Translations under genes and position numbers: made by a program | Shown: positions 34,611-47,994 of the stretch, piece after piece | How positions within the stretch are numbered: the first letter of the stretch is position 1 | Layout: every line of letters begins with the position of its first letter | Assembly (NCBI GenBank): GCA_010909165.1 | Contig: VJWM01000134.1 | Location: forward strand, 124,001 to 188,000 | DNA from: Anthoceros angustus | Taxonomy: Eukaryota > Plantae > Anthocerotophyta | Direction: 5' to 3' | Length of the DNA: 64,000 bases | The notes under the pieces: generated by a model | The model's input: only the letters and a program-made list of their open reading frames with translations | Told to the model about the DNA's origin: nothing | The model's database searches: none

Positions 34611-37600
34611 GCTGCATGCTACACCCTACAACCGGATCCGTGGAGGCGCGAGCTTGCTTACGAGGTGATCGGCTTTTAGGGTTGTGCCCGGCTTGTTCTT
34701 GGCCATTGCGGGTGGTACAAAGTTGGAGTCTAAGCTAGCTTGTGCTTTTGTTTAGGTGTGCGTAGCATGGCATGGCCACCATCAAGCCTGGAGCCGATGG
34801 CGAGTAAACGCCGAAAGCGAGCTGTGCCCAGCCAGTCAGTGTCAAGCATCTTCTAGTGAAGTGTTCAAGAGTTGCCGGAAGGAGAATAACAAGGAATCTT
34901 GGTATTCCTCGAGGTCAAACGAGGGGACCCATGCAAAGAAGAGGAAGGTGGAGTAAGAGGATGCAATCGCTACCGTGCAAGAAACTCGTGGTGCCCAAAC
35001 TTCAACCGTCTGCAGGAAGTTTAGAGAGCGTGAGCTATGGTTCGGTGTTAAGGAATGCTCGTACGTCAAGCGTGGATGTGGCTCGCAAATTAGGTCATCC
35101 TAGAGCTTACAAGTGGATACACGGCGAATGTCGTCAAGACATTGGAGAAGTTTAGTAACCTGCCATTGTCTGAAGATGTTTCACCAAGAGCTCGACAGGA
35201 TGCCAAAGACCAATTGGGAGCATTGTTGTTGAAGAATGTGCGTGAGGCTTGCACAAGTTTAAAGGATGTTCAAGTTGGTGACAAATTGCGGGCAAGGAAC
35301 ACCTTGTTCAACATTATCTTATCGGAGGATATCCAAGGAAAGGGTCGTTTCGAGCCTTTCTCGGCACATAGGAGTGAGCAGGAGGGATCCATCAAGCTTT
35401 GAGCACCAGCAGGAGGATATGTGCCGAGAACATGGTGTGGTGGAAGGAAAGCAAGGTCCGACATCCTTCCTACTATGTGAAAGCAAGCATCGCCCGCTTT
35501 GGGAATCTCGCTTCGGCCCTTCACAAACACAAAGATACCAAGCGGGCCGCGGGCTAAAACCTTCATCACCCACATCACGCACTTTTCTTGACATGTCGCA
35601 AGTACGTTTGGGTCATGGTCTTTTGTGTGATGCACAAATCCATGTTATTCGGTTGCCTTTTACATCTGTTTGGGCATCTCCTTGTCGAGTGTGTGTGAAT
35701 GCCTAGTGTACATGTTGATTGTAACCTTAGTTGGCCATCTCGCTTGGGGACATGATGTAAAAATTTGGTGTCTGCGGTTCATTTGAGGTGTAGATTGCAT
35801 GTACCAAGTCGTAATGAGGCTCGCTGCAAAGCTGGGTTTGTAAGCTCGACTCATTTCACCGTGTAAATGCTTAGTGTAGATGTTGCTCCGAACTTCAATT
35901 AGGCATCTGCTTGGGGCCTTGTGGGCAAATTGTGGCACTGGTGTTCAAGTTCATCTAAGGTGTGGCAAATCGCATGTGTGGGTGGCATCAATTCTACCTG
36001 CGCTTTTGTGAGGAACACCCGAACATTCAAGTAGGGCAGCGGAGCTTTGAGAAGTTGAAGCCATTTTTTGTGAAGAGCTGCAGGAGCGTAATCTTTGTTG
36101 TTGCCGGTATCATGTGGAGATGGCCTTTTGAAGGATGCGTTGAATGGCCTGTGGGACTCTCTCTCGTGTCCATCCCGTGGTCTTTGCCATTGTTCTTGTG
36201 AGGTCCGTGCTGCCAGTACATCTCCCATTGTTTGTAATGCTCCTCCACATGTGTGGCGCTGAGATCTGTCAAAGTGCTCTTTGTGCGAAGGCCGATGCAG
36301 ATTGGCATGCTCGCATGTCTCGCACTTGTGTCCTATGTGGGGTGAATAAGCTTAAGTTCGTCCACTGGAGACTTCTATAAATGTTCACCTAATGCTCTTC
36401 TAAAATGGAGATGCTTCCAATACCAAGTTGTGGGCAAGGATGTGGATGGGCGGGATAAGAAACGGATCAAACTTGTCTTCATGGAGACACATCCATAATT
36501 TGTTGAGTTCTTCAAGGGCAAGTTGAAGGATTTCATTCTCCATGACTTTGTTCAACATGGCGGGGTTGGAGTTGCATTGCCTAGAGTGGTTTCCATCGAT
36601 GTGGTTGTCTCGGTTATGGATTTTCTCAATGCATTTGAGTCCAAGATGAAATCCCATGCATTGGCGAATGACCGTGTTTCCATCCTCGCTCGGTTTTCTC
36701 GCAATGGCCCCTAGATGCGACAACCTGCAAACATTGAAATACTACCACTTCTACATCGCTGACGACCTTGTGCATGACACGCCTCGCTTCAACACTGCTT
36801 TGATGAAGCATTGGTGGTGGATGTTGGATTCTGGGGTTCCCAAGACCTCGGAGCATTGGTGCTGGTCGATGGAGCCAAGTCAATTCAAGGCATGTCGACC
36901 TTCATACTTCATCTCCGGTACCCTAGCTTGACAGTGGCGAACATGCTGTGGTCATACTTTGGGAGTGGCCAAGGGAGAGCATGATGGTGCGTGCTATTTT
37001 GAAGAGAGCCCTTAGAGTCAGCAGAGTCCTCTCCACAGGAGGTTGCAAATGCATGATGTTGTCCAAGACTGCAAGAACACATTGCAGCAAGCTCTTATGC
37101 ATCCGGGCAGCATGGAGTGCATAGAAGTTTCCGGCTTATTGGCAAGGATGAGGTGAATCGGAGGGTGAAATATGCTTGTGACCCCATACCCGGTCCAAGA
37201 AGATGCATAGCTGTATGGGGCTAGTGTGGCGATCCTGCAATCGAAAATGCGCACTGCCTTGTTTTGTGTGAGTGTATGGAAAGCAACCATGATGCTTGAG
37301 AGAGTTCCTCACGGCTTTTGGAATTTAGTTAAGATTAGACCACATCCGATGGTCCCGCTCCTGGATTACCCGGCACAGCAGCCCACCGCAATTCCTTTAC
37401 TCCTGGACGCCTCCTTGCCCGACGCCTCCGATGATGATGTGGATCTCTCGATTTGGCGGACCTCTTGGAAGTCGGTGACAACTTCATGGTTTTGCCAATA
37501 AAGAAGATGAGGGCCAAGAATTCTACCTTGCGGCAATCGAGGTGAAGACACGCTTAGCAAGCCGACACGCCTTGGAGCCAGGTCACACATCAAGCTGGTG

Positions 37601-39180
37601 AAGCTGTGGTGGTTGGTCAAGACATGTTGCGAAGAATATTCGGGTATGTCTATACCTTGCCTCTAGAGAACGCAGGTGTTCAACCAAGTTAGTCAAACTA
37701 TGCAAGTTTGACATGGTCCACCATGAAGGATGGTGACGAGTTGTTATACGTCCTATCATCGGATGCTCAAGTAGTAGTGGACTCCTTGTGGAGGAGAGTA
37801 ATCGTGATGATCCGTTAGGGATCCTTAGGTTGTTTTGATGTGGAGTGGTAAGTAAAGCTGTTTTGGTGTGGAGTGTGCATCTAATTGACGGACGGAGATT
37901 GTTGGCATGTCATTCCCGCTTATCGTTGTTTCCTTGATCCATGAAGATAGCTTGTTTGTATCCAATGATGATCCAATAATGCATGGTGCGGTACAAATTG
38001 GAGATGCTGGTCGTGGGCATACGGTCATCAAAGTGAGCGAGCTTTATAGAGTGAGCGTAAGTTGTGTCCTTGAACCATGTAGATAATTTCCAACAATGAA
38101 ATGCATCTGCAAGATGTGCCTGGTTTTTGCCTCTTTTCCTGTAGAGGTGCACATTTGGCACACGAGTGACAAATGAATTCATCTTGAATTCAACTTCCTT
38201 GACCATACACGTGTGGTGGGGATGGAGGCATGTCAGTCAAGGGTTGAACAAGAAGCCGAGACAAGTATGGATGGCTTTATAGAGTATGTTCCCTTCAAGT
38301 TGGTTACATGTGCACTTGTACAGTTGTTCACTTTTCTTGCCATGTGATCCTCGCATGTTCCGTGGTTACATGGGCACTTGTGGCACTTGTGCATGGCTCA
38401 CTCTTCTCCTTCTTGCCTTGTGGTCTGGCATGTTCAGTTACATGGGCACTTGTGCATGGCTCACTCTTCTTGCCTTGGTCGGCATGTTCGCTGTTACATG
38501 GGCACTTGTGCATGGCTCACTTGTTTCCTTGTGGTCTGCATGTTCCCATGGTTACATGGGCACTTGATGGGTTCACTTTTCCGCCATGTGGTCGTGATAT
38601 GCTCCTGTGGCTATACGGGCACTTATACTGGTGTGTGGCATGGTGTACTTCTTGCTATGTGGTCGTGGCATGGTGTACTTGTCTTGCCATGTGGTTACGG
38701 TCCCGTGGTTACATGGGCACTTGTGCATTGGTGTACTTGTCATGTGGTTAGTCCCGTGGTTACATGGGCACTTGTATATTGGTACTTGTCTTGATCTGGT
38801 CCCGTGGTTACATGGGCACTTGTATATTGGTGTACTTGTCTTGCCATGTGGTTACGGTCCCGTGGTTACATGGGCACTTGTATATTGGTGTACTTGTCTT
38901 GCCATGTTACGGGTCCCGTGGTTACATGGGCACTTGTATATTGGTGTACTTGTCTTGCCATGTGGCTACATGGCTACATGGCATGGTTACATGGCTACTT
39001 CAACACTTGTTCGCATCATGTGTTTTGTGCCTTGGGCACTTCACCACCGCAGTGTGTGGTAGCGTGTTTAGGGCTTTGCTTAAAGTCCATGCTTTGGCGT
39101 CCGAATTATACCTTTTGTTTTGTAGGGCGGCACGGCCAGGACAGTGCCTCATCCCAGTCAGTGACAGTGCGCTCATCCTC
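33977..39180 (+). mobile_element. Sola-like DDD DNA transposon, plus strand; transposase ~34750-37650; putative imperfect TIRs
   Basis: FCEEHPNIQVGQRSFEKLKPFFVK, KLKFVHWR, KGKLKDFILHDFV, VMDFS..QDEI..MHW..VSIL, YHFYIADDLVHD, HWCWS(DG)..SQFK, WSYFGSGQG..EHDG, HRSFRLIGKDEVNRR, EVGDNFMVF. 33977-34010 resembles the reverse complement of 39140-39180. Confidence 0.65.
38340..39000. repeat. Minisatellite, ~58 bp consensus (GGTTACATGGGCACTTGTATATTGGTGTACTTGTCTTGCCATGTGGTTACGGTCCCGT), more degenerate to the left
   Basis: TACATGGGCACTTG recurs about 11 times; 58 bp spacing at 38810/38868. Confidence 0.9.
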
Positions 39181-39499
39181 ACACGGCTACGGCTTTTAGA
39201 AGCCACATTGGGGCGCCTCCACATGGCTTCGACAGGCGGCTGTTCGGCCCGGAACCCATCCTCCGACGGCCCCTGCTGGTTCTTCAGGGTTTGGGAGTGC
39301 TTCACCTCTACTGGTTAACTCTACAGAGACCACTTCTCCCCACACAATCCCTTCATCGTCGGGGATTGAGGTAACATGATGCTTTCCGCTTTTCACTATC
39401 TTTGTTTGAATTGGAAGGGATATGGTGGGATCCGCTAAGGTTTCAACAGCGAGGTGAGGTGTGGTGATTCCTCCCTGTTGGGATGTCTCGAGTATATCC

Positions 39500-41700
39500 T
39501 TTGACGACTGACACCCCCGCCTATTGGGAGTTGGGCTTTCTTGTGCCGGAATTGTAATGAAGAAGCGTTATCCTTTGCCGCGGGAACTGGTGGTTATGCA
39601 GGATCCGGTGGGAAGGATGCGGTGGAAGTGGGTGCCTCAGTGGTCACCGCTCCATGCAATGAGGAAATTTTCGAGTACGAGATCCAATGCATACCGAGGT
39701 CGGACGAGTTCAAGAGGACGAAGGAGTTTGAGGCAAGAATTCGCCATTGGTGCGCTTTTGCACCGAGCATCGACATTGTTGTCGATGACCCGGAGGCTGG
39801 GTGACATGGTCCGAGTCCCTCACGAGTAAGAGATTGGTTGTCCACATGCTAAGGGCATTGTGGGTCGTGACTAATCGGTTTGAGAAATTGGCGGAGGCCC
39901 AGTCGGTGGCAAAGTTTACCACAAGATGTGGTTCGTGCAAGTGATTTCGTTGAAGACGAACTTTTCCGGGCCGGAAGTTGGATTGAGGTGGCTGTCGTAG
40001 GCAATGTCTAGATGAGCATCAGCCACCACGTGATGGTTGGCATGAAGCAATTCTAGGTAGGCGCCAGTCGCTTCTAGGCTTCCACATTTCGCATACAACG
40101 ATACTGTGGAGCATAACAAGGTTGACATTGAGGTAGGTGGTTGTAGGTTGACAGGTTGTTTGTACTAGGTTGCAGGTCAGGCTGTAGTGTAGGTGTGGTT
40201 GTAGGTTGTGTAGGTTGTAGGTAATGTAGGAGGTATGTAGGTTGAGGTTGTAGGTTCAGGTTGTAGGTTGGTTGTAGGTGTAGGTTGCAGGTGTAGGTTG
40301 TAGGTTGTTGTAGGTTGTAGGTTGTAGTCTCAAAAACTTTCAAGCTTCCAAAGCCAGGAGCTTGTTTACCGCTGAAAGCCCATAGAAGTCTGCTTCTAGG
40401 TTTTGCATATGTGAATGTGCTGTGAGGTGAAGGCATGTGTGTGTGAAAGCTTCCCGAGTAGTGGATGTGAAGCTTGAGGGTTCCCGGTTCTAGCCTCACG
40501 CATAAAACCAGACTTGCATCAGCATACATCAAACACTCATACAAAGCACGAGCATCACAATCAAAGGGACAATAGAAATCTTATTAGATACATGTCCGAG
40601 TTTTTCACCCGACATCATGCCCATTCGAGGCAAACTTTACAATGCCCAAGGCCTCACTCACAAATTCAAAATCCATCCCACCGATTGGCCATCTAGGCTT
40701 GCTTTCCATGACCCGCATGATTCAATGAGAAGTAATCATCTCACCCCTTTCAATGGTGGCCTTATGCACACGCTGGCCTTCGCCTGGCAACTTAAAGCCC
40801 GCGGCCCCTCGTTCCACTTTCTCGAGCACGAGCACCCTCTGCACGGGTCCCGCCTTTGCACTCAATGGAAGCTATGGCGCCTTGACAGAATGGATGATAT
40901 TGTTGTGATGGAGGGACATGGAATCTCAGCACTAAACCGGCCAAGGGCGCCCTCTTTGCACCGGAGGTGAGTATCCATCTAGCTATGAGATTCACGCTTT
41001 TCAACTTGCTGATTGCATCGAATGGAACGGGCCAAGGCACGGCCATCGGAAGAAGGTGCGAGCTTGGTTGGCCCTATGCTGTGCCGCGCACGGTGGTGCC
41101 GATGGACCCGGAGGACAAGGTGCTCTCGTGGATGACTCAGCACGACACGGCGTTGTGGTAGACTGAGGGCGCCTCGAGCGGAGCACGGTTTCCTTGTCAT
41201 CGTGCTTGCATATAGCATGTATGGCTGGAGGCATGTCTGGCAAGAGGGATGTGTGGCACACCTGCTCTGCTCATGGGTGTGCTATGCTTGGCGAGGCAGA
41301 TGTATTCGTACATGCTGGGTCAAGGCTGCCTGTGAATCTTTGCTTGTTGCTTCCCTGCGTTCAATTGTGGAATGATTTGTACATTATACTTTCTAGCGAG
41401 AGGCATGAGTGTCGTGCATTGTGAAATCGATGCTATGGCACTATACCACAAGCAATAAAATGATGTCTTCTGCTCGGCTAAAACGAGGCTTGCCATTTCC
41501 AAAACTCTTCACAAATGGCCTTGACTGCTGTGTTTTTCATGTTTGACAGACCGCTTAGGAGACAGTGCTGCTTTTTAGGCTGCGTGGCCTTGTAGCTAGC
41601 CATTCTTTTGAGGCAATGTAGCTCGTAGCTATGCGAGGCACATCGACAACACCTGTAGGGTGTTAATCGACAAATCCAAATGCACATCTAGACAAGCAAG
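39500..41700 (+). mobile_element. Degenerate MULE/SWIM-type transposase-like sequence
   Basis: Pieces RHWCAFAP, IGC, GRRCELGW.YAV..TVV and a decayed Cys/His cluster near 41400-41460 resemble SWIM-MULE proteins of non-seed plants. Many stops. Confidence 0.35.
40125..40330. repeat. Degenerate (GTTGTAG)n simple repeat
   Basis: GTTGTAG/GTTGCAG/GGTGTAG units read directly. Confidence 0.9.
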
Positions 41701-43289
41701 GCAAGTGTGAAGGGTCACAACCGCACAACATTCCAATTGCCAATCAACACACCGAACTCACACACAAAACATAGTTTGAATCCATGTCAAACATCCAGCC
41801 GAGCTCCGCATGTTTAACATGGTTCACCACCAAACTAAAACCATATCTCGCAGAAAATCGAGGTAATACGTACCACTGCCCGACACTCACACGGGCTGGG
41901 ACTCTGCTCTCGACAAGTCGTATAGCTTTGTCACCCTCTCCTAGTTCGCCACAATTGATCCACCCATTGTTTCTATATCCGCAGAAAGCCTGACCTGTGG
42001 AATCTTTGTTCTTCCTTATTCCTCTTCTTATACCATTGAAACTTTCAGTGCACAAATTGCCTCTTATTGGGTCACCACGGCCTTGAATCTGCACACTCAA
42101 AGGCACTTTTGCTCGATACACTTTCATGTAACAACCTTCACCACTTCACCCTACCAGAATCTCACCACCCCAAGTGGGCTTCCGCTCATAGTCGTGAGTG
42201 CCTCCTCGTGGTCACCAACACAAGTTGCCACGCCAATCTGGCTCGACCCATAGTGGCCACTACACCACCGCAAGTGGCCACTACATCACCAACACAAGTG
42301 GCCACTTTGCATCACTTGCACAAGTGGTCACTTCCTTACCACTGGTGGGGCCACTTCCTCATCGTCCTTGGTGGTGGCCACCTCCTTCTCTCTCGCACTC
42401 TCTAAGAGCATTTCTACATCTTTGGGCAATTCATCCTCAGCTCGCACTTCAGCTTCATCTTTGGGCACTTCATCCTCAGTTTCATCTTCATCCATCACAG
42501 CTTCCACATTCTTCCCTTTTGTGTCTCCATTGAGGTGGACAAAGACGGGCAAAAAATCTATGGCCTGAGTCCTGCACAATCTGGGTTTCAGTATCGACAA
42601 CCAAAGTTTCATTCTCTTGCACAACCTGAGTCTCCGTAAAAAGAATTTGGGTATCCTCCTCCACTGCCTGATTGTCCGCTCCCTGAGATGCATCTTTGCG
42701 CTGGACATCAGCCACACATGTGTGCCCACCATGTCTTGCTCGGTGAGGCATTATTGGCAGCTGCAGACCGCCCTCTCACTCACGGAACATGGGGCCAACA
42801 AACAAAGAGGTTGCCGAGGCACCCCCATTCATCGGAGGGCCAACCCCAAACATGACACTGGGCTGCGGAGAGTGGGAAAAATATCGCATCACACTACACT
42901 GTGCAGTGCCTCACTCGGACTCAAACCCCAGGGTTTGAGTCAGGCACCACCACCTCCGGCGTATCCCGGACATAGTTGTGCATCGCCAACAAGGACGTCT
43001 TGGATTAGCCTTGACCGTATGGGTGGCTGCCACCAGGTGGTGTGATGAACGCTGAGCACCTCCAAGCGGGTGGCAGTAGCATCAGAGCCTATGACCAAAC
43101 AATCCAAGTTAGCAAATGTCTTGTGAAAGTTGTCCCAAATCATGAAGCCAACTTACACAATTACTAACCAGGAGACTCCCAAGCCTTCTTCGTGAGGCAA
43201 CAGGCACTATCTTGCAGGCACGGTCCCAGCAATTCTTCCAAGCGGTGCTCCATAATGTGGAAGTCTCGCAACCATGGTAATGCTCTCAT

Positions 43290-43510
43290 CCCACTCTCTC
43301 TCGATCACGTTCCCATGCGCGCGGGCGATTTGTGAATAGCCAACCCTTAGCCTTGAGCCACTTTGCCGGAACTGGAAGACAACAAGCAGGATTGGGGCAA
43401 GTCACCGTGACCAACATGTGTTGGTAGAGGCATGCATCATGAAAACAGTGCCCACAGGGGAGGAAAACGAACTCATAGCATCCGAACCCCCTGCAAATCA
43501 CCATGGAACC
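43290..43510 (-). pseudogene. RING-type zinc finger remnant
   Basis: ORF 43286-43651 contains VICRGFGCYEFVFLPCGHCFHDACLYQHMLVTVTCPNPAC, i.e. the LPCGH.FH..C...CP.C RING-H2 pattern. Confidence 0.65.
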
Positions 43511-43749
43511 AATAGTCGTTAGAGGCATGGACAGCAAATTGAAACAAGAGCCAAGGCATGCAACCAGCAGGAGGCCAACCTGGTGCACACGCAGCACTTT
43601 GTGATATGAAGGGGCACATTTTGGCTGGTGTAACAAAGAGCTGGAATCCACTGAGGAGTCCTTTTTCCTTGATCAAACTATGTATGCGGTCAAGGCATCA
43701 TGTAAGTCCTCCGCCAAATTAACCGCTCGTTGAAGGTGTCACGCTCCTT

Positions 43750-44130
43750 GTTGTTGGTGTGAGATTGTCTGCCGCCTCAGCAAGACGATGTTGCCTCCGA
43801 ACATGGGCAACATGTGCATCCTCTTCCCGCAGAGAATACTCCAGCATTTGTTTTGAAAAGAATATAAAGTTGAAGTCTTGGAAAGATCCATACCTTCTTG
43901 TCATAGATTATTGCGCCAAGAGCGTGCGCGTGGTGAGCTCACCAAGAGCAATTTTGCTGCCACTAGATTGCTTGTCTCCTCGCTTGCAACTGTGACAAGT
44001 TCTCTTCCTTCGACAAGGAGATAAGCTCTCAACACCGAGTCTTTATGTGCTTGTGCACCGAGAGTATCCCACGTGCACAAGAGGGTGGGATGCACATTGT
44101 AAAACAAGAGAGATGAACTTCCAAAAATGG
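43750..44130 (-). pseudogene. Possible Ulp1/C48 cysteine protease remnant
   Basis: GHFW.FISL, WDTLG, KQSSGS in the His-Asp-Gln order of Ulp1 proteases; catalytic Cys not readable. Confidence 0.35.
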
Positions 44131-44149
44131 CCAATCGCCTGACAGGGAA

Positions 44150-44570
44150 TGAAATGCCCAACGCCCACGTGAGGAATGACAATGCCCAACGCCGATGAGG
44201 GAATGAGGAATGCAACCGCAAGACAGGGAATGACGATGCCCAATCGCCGATGATGGAATGACGAAATGCCCATGACGAAGGAATGACGAATGCCCAACCG
44301 CCCATATGATGGAATGACGAAATGCCCAATCGCAACATGATCGAATGACGAAATGCCCAACTGCCCGACATGATGGAATGACGAAATGCCCAACTGCCCG
44401 ACATGATCGAATGACGAAATGCCCAACTGCCCGACATGATGGAATGACGAAATGCCCAACTGCCCGACATTAGGGAATGACGAAATGCCCATCTGCCGGA
44501 CATTAGGGAATGACGAAATGCCCAACTGCACGACGCGAGGGAATGACAAAATGCCCAATTGCCCGGCGTG
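44150..44570. repeat. 33 bp minisatellite (GATGGAATGACGAAATGCCCAACTGCCCGACAT), about 10-12 copies including degenerate ones
   Basis: Near-perfect copies at 44339-44500; produces the SGSWAFRHSIM repeat in ORF 43901-44737. Confidence 0.9.
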
Positions 44571-47009
44571 ACTGATGAACTGCTAGGCACCCCATGCCAA
44601 GATGCCCACGACAAAGGCACTGACTGCAGACAACGGGACGAATGACCAAACAACACGGATGTCAATATGCCCAGTTGCACCCTTGCCAATGTGCACGGAT
44701 GTGAATGCCCAAGTGCCCCATGAAGTATCCCTCCCAACAGAGCCTAAAGTGGTTTGAACTGAATCAACAGTTGGGAAAACAAATGCAGCAAAGAATTAGC
44801 ATGCTACCAACTTGGAAACACCCACACCATGCGGTGATGAACTTACAAAACCGAAGCTTGCCAAGATCGATACTTTTGTACATGACCGGGCCAACATAAA
44901 AACAGATCCCATCGTGTACACAATTGTGCAAGGGCAAACTTAATCGCGATGGATGCGAAAACCATGGAAACCCTTTGAAATGTGTGGTAGGGCTCAAGGT
45001 GGGCAAACCGAGCATGTAGATGCAGATGTAGACAACATCTAACACGCATCACACCCACCACCCATCGCTAGGATCGCCAAGTGCATTCACATGTTCGTCT
45101 AACACAAGGATGTGGGTGTCAAGGATCCACACACAAAGGCTAATCATGTCAAGGATCACACCAAGGCTGTCTGATCAAAGGCCATCAAGGCAGGAAGGCT
45201 GGGCTGGAAGGCTGGGCGGCCGGGAAGGCTACAGGCCAAGGCTGTGGATCGGCTGCAAGGCTGTGATTGGCCGGTAGTATTCACGTGTTCAAACGTGAGT
45301 AGAAGCTTCTGTAAGGTTCAAAGCACACCACACACAAAACAATCTGCGCTGGATCAAGCTCCAACACACACACATAAAAATATATTCAGAGCTATCCGGG
45401 CCAACCATCTAACCTAAACCACCTACCCATTCATGGCTTGCACATGCACCGATCACACAACGACCAGAACCATAAGCTCATTCAACCATAACCATAAGCT
45501 AATGAAACTGCATGATTTTGAGCTGCAGAGATATCTGGACAAAGAGACGCCGTCCCGCATCACACCCACCACTCATTGCTAAGACTGCTCAAGGCCGTGC
45601 GATGTCATTAGATGCATCTCTGTCAAGGTTGAAAGCACACTTCAAACACAAACAACTGCCGCTGGATCAAGCTCCAACACACACACAAAAACATTCGAGC
45701 TCAGAGCATATCCGGACCAGCAATCACACCCACGCCAGGATCAAGCTCAAGCATATCACCAAAAAAAAAACGACAATCAACTAGCCGAACGAAAATGACC
45801 CACATTGTGCCCCGCCTCCTCTTCTCCATCCTCTAAAGAACACGATGATTTTTGTCCTCCTCTACCAAGCCTATGACTTACGCCTCCTTGTCGAATAAGT
45901 TCTTCCTCACGCTCCTTGGCGGGCATGTCCTCCGCTTGCTCTTGGCCACCGCTCCTCACCTCCTCATGGTCACCTCGAATCAAGACACATGCTCAATCCC
46001 AAGATCATACCTTTCCCCGCTCTGTGACCTGGACCTTGTGAATCGTGGGTCTCTTCCTCGGACATCCACTTTCTTCTCCTTCTCCCCGCCCGACCCTTCT
46101 TCTTCTCCTCCTTCAAGGCTTTCCTCCCATCTGCTTTCTGTTTGAAGGCTAACCACCTGACCTTGTGCATTTTTTCTCCACTAGGATGCCCAAGGCCATC
46201 AACCTCGGATTTTTGGCCACCACTACTAGCTCGCTTACCATAAATATGGAAGATCAGGTCATCAATGTTCCGCCACTCCTTATCTGAAAACTTTTCAGAT
46301 CCTTTCCACCCGTAAGCCTCACCGGGCGTTCTCTACACCAAACGGAGGTCAAACACGCATCGCCTCCCACCGCCTCCTTCAGCCCCTGTTGAAGCATGCT
46401 GTCACGAACGTTCACTCCTTCCTCTCGCAGGACAAAGTCTCCAGCAGCCAACACCAAGTGAGCTTCCACTTGGGTGCGTCCTCCAAGGCTTTCACACACG
46501 GGCTTGTCGAGTCACAAGATTCTTTAGAGCACGCTCCGATTCCGTGTCATTCCTACAATCTCCTCATCGACGCCACCATGTCACTATAAATAGATGCATC
46601 CTAGCACCTTGTCCTCAATGTTGACCCAAATGGCCCGCAGCAGTTGTGAGCGGGCGTAGATGTTCACGATTCAAGCTAGCACATCTACAACGAAAAGCTT
46701 TAGCAACATGTTAATAAAAGCACAAACCAGCAGAGGGCAAGAGCAACAATGCTGAGGGCGTGGAGCAAGAACCGAGGTGAGGCGGAAGAAGACCAACACT
46801 AGCAGAGTGAGGGCGGACCAAAACTTGCAGGGGCGGGGCAGGCGCAGGAGCACCAAAGACAGCAGAGGGCAAGCGAGACCGACTAGCGGGTGAGCAGAAG
46901 CTGAGGGCAGAGCAAAGAAGAGGCGGGTGGAGCAAGGACCAGAGGGCGTAAGCAAGCAGCCAGAGAGGCGAGCAAGAAGACAAGCAAGGGTAGGAGCAGA
47001 CCACCAGTC

Positions 47010-47245
47010 CCAAGTTTCCCACGCTCTCGGCCTTGGCTCCCAAGCTCCCTTGAAGCCTTCCCACGCCTCGCCTCGTGCTCCCAAGCTCCCTTGAAGCTTC
47101 CCACGCCTCGACTCCCAAGCTTCCCACAGCGACCTCAGCTTCCAAGCTTCCCACGCCTCGGCTCCCAAGCTTCCCACGCCTCGGCTCCCAAGCTTCCCAT
47201 GCTCTCGGCTCCCAAGCTTCCCACGCTCTCGCCCCAAGCTCTCCA
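47010..47245. repeat. 23 bp minisatellite (CCCAAGCTTCCCACGCCTCGGCT), flanked by AGCAGAG-rich repeats
   Basis: Read directly. Confidence 0.85.
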
Positions 47246-47994
47246 GCCCCAAGTCCTTCGCAAGGAATAAATTTTGGTAGGAGAAACATAGGCGTGAGCA
47301 CCGCAGAGTGAGGCTAGACCAGCAGACCAGAGGCGGGACCAGCCAGAGGGTCGAACCCGTGAGTGCACCAGAGGCGGACCAGCAGAGGGTGACGAGCGCA
47401 CGAGGCGACCAGCAGCAGAGGGCCTCCAGCAGCAGAGAGCCTCGAGAAGCGCAGAGGGCCTCGAGCAGCACAGAGAGCAGACCAGGGCGAAAGGGCCTCG
47501 AGCGAGACAGGCCTCGAGCATCAACAGAGGCGGGACCAGGCCAAAGTTCAGTAGGCACATGTAAGAAGATGGAGGCGGAGCGGAGGGCGCTCGTCAAGGT
47601 GTGGCGTTGACCTTCAAACATGTAAAAAGTAGACAAGGTAAACGTAAGATAAAATAATCAACTACAATGATATAAAACTATAACTATAAGTAAAATAAAA
47701 ATATTAATTTAGTGAAACTTTGACTATCTCACATCACTCTCTCACATCTCTCTCTCATCTCTCAAAAGTAACCAAGTGTACCACAACCATATGGTACAAA
47801 AGTGTACCACCAAACCATGCTTACACCCTGAGTCCCGCACGAATGTCACATTCTCGAGTTCTGCATCATCCTCGTCTTCACCGAAATAGTCGCCTTCGAC
47901 ATTCATAAGTGAAAACGCAGGATCTTCGGTTGTTTGTTGTGGCAGAGTCCCATTCTCATCCCTGCCTCCCTCTAACCCTGATGCATCTAACAAA

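Noticed and set aside
38286-39318. Several long Cys/Trp/His-rich ORFs
   Set aside because: Translations of the 58 bp minisatellite, not real genes.
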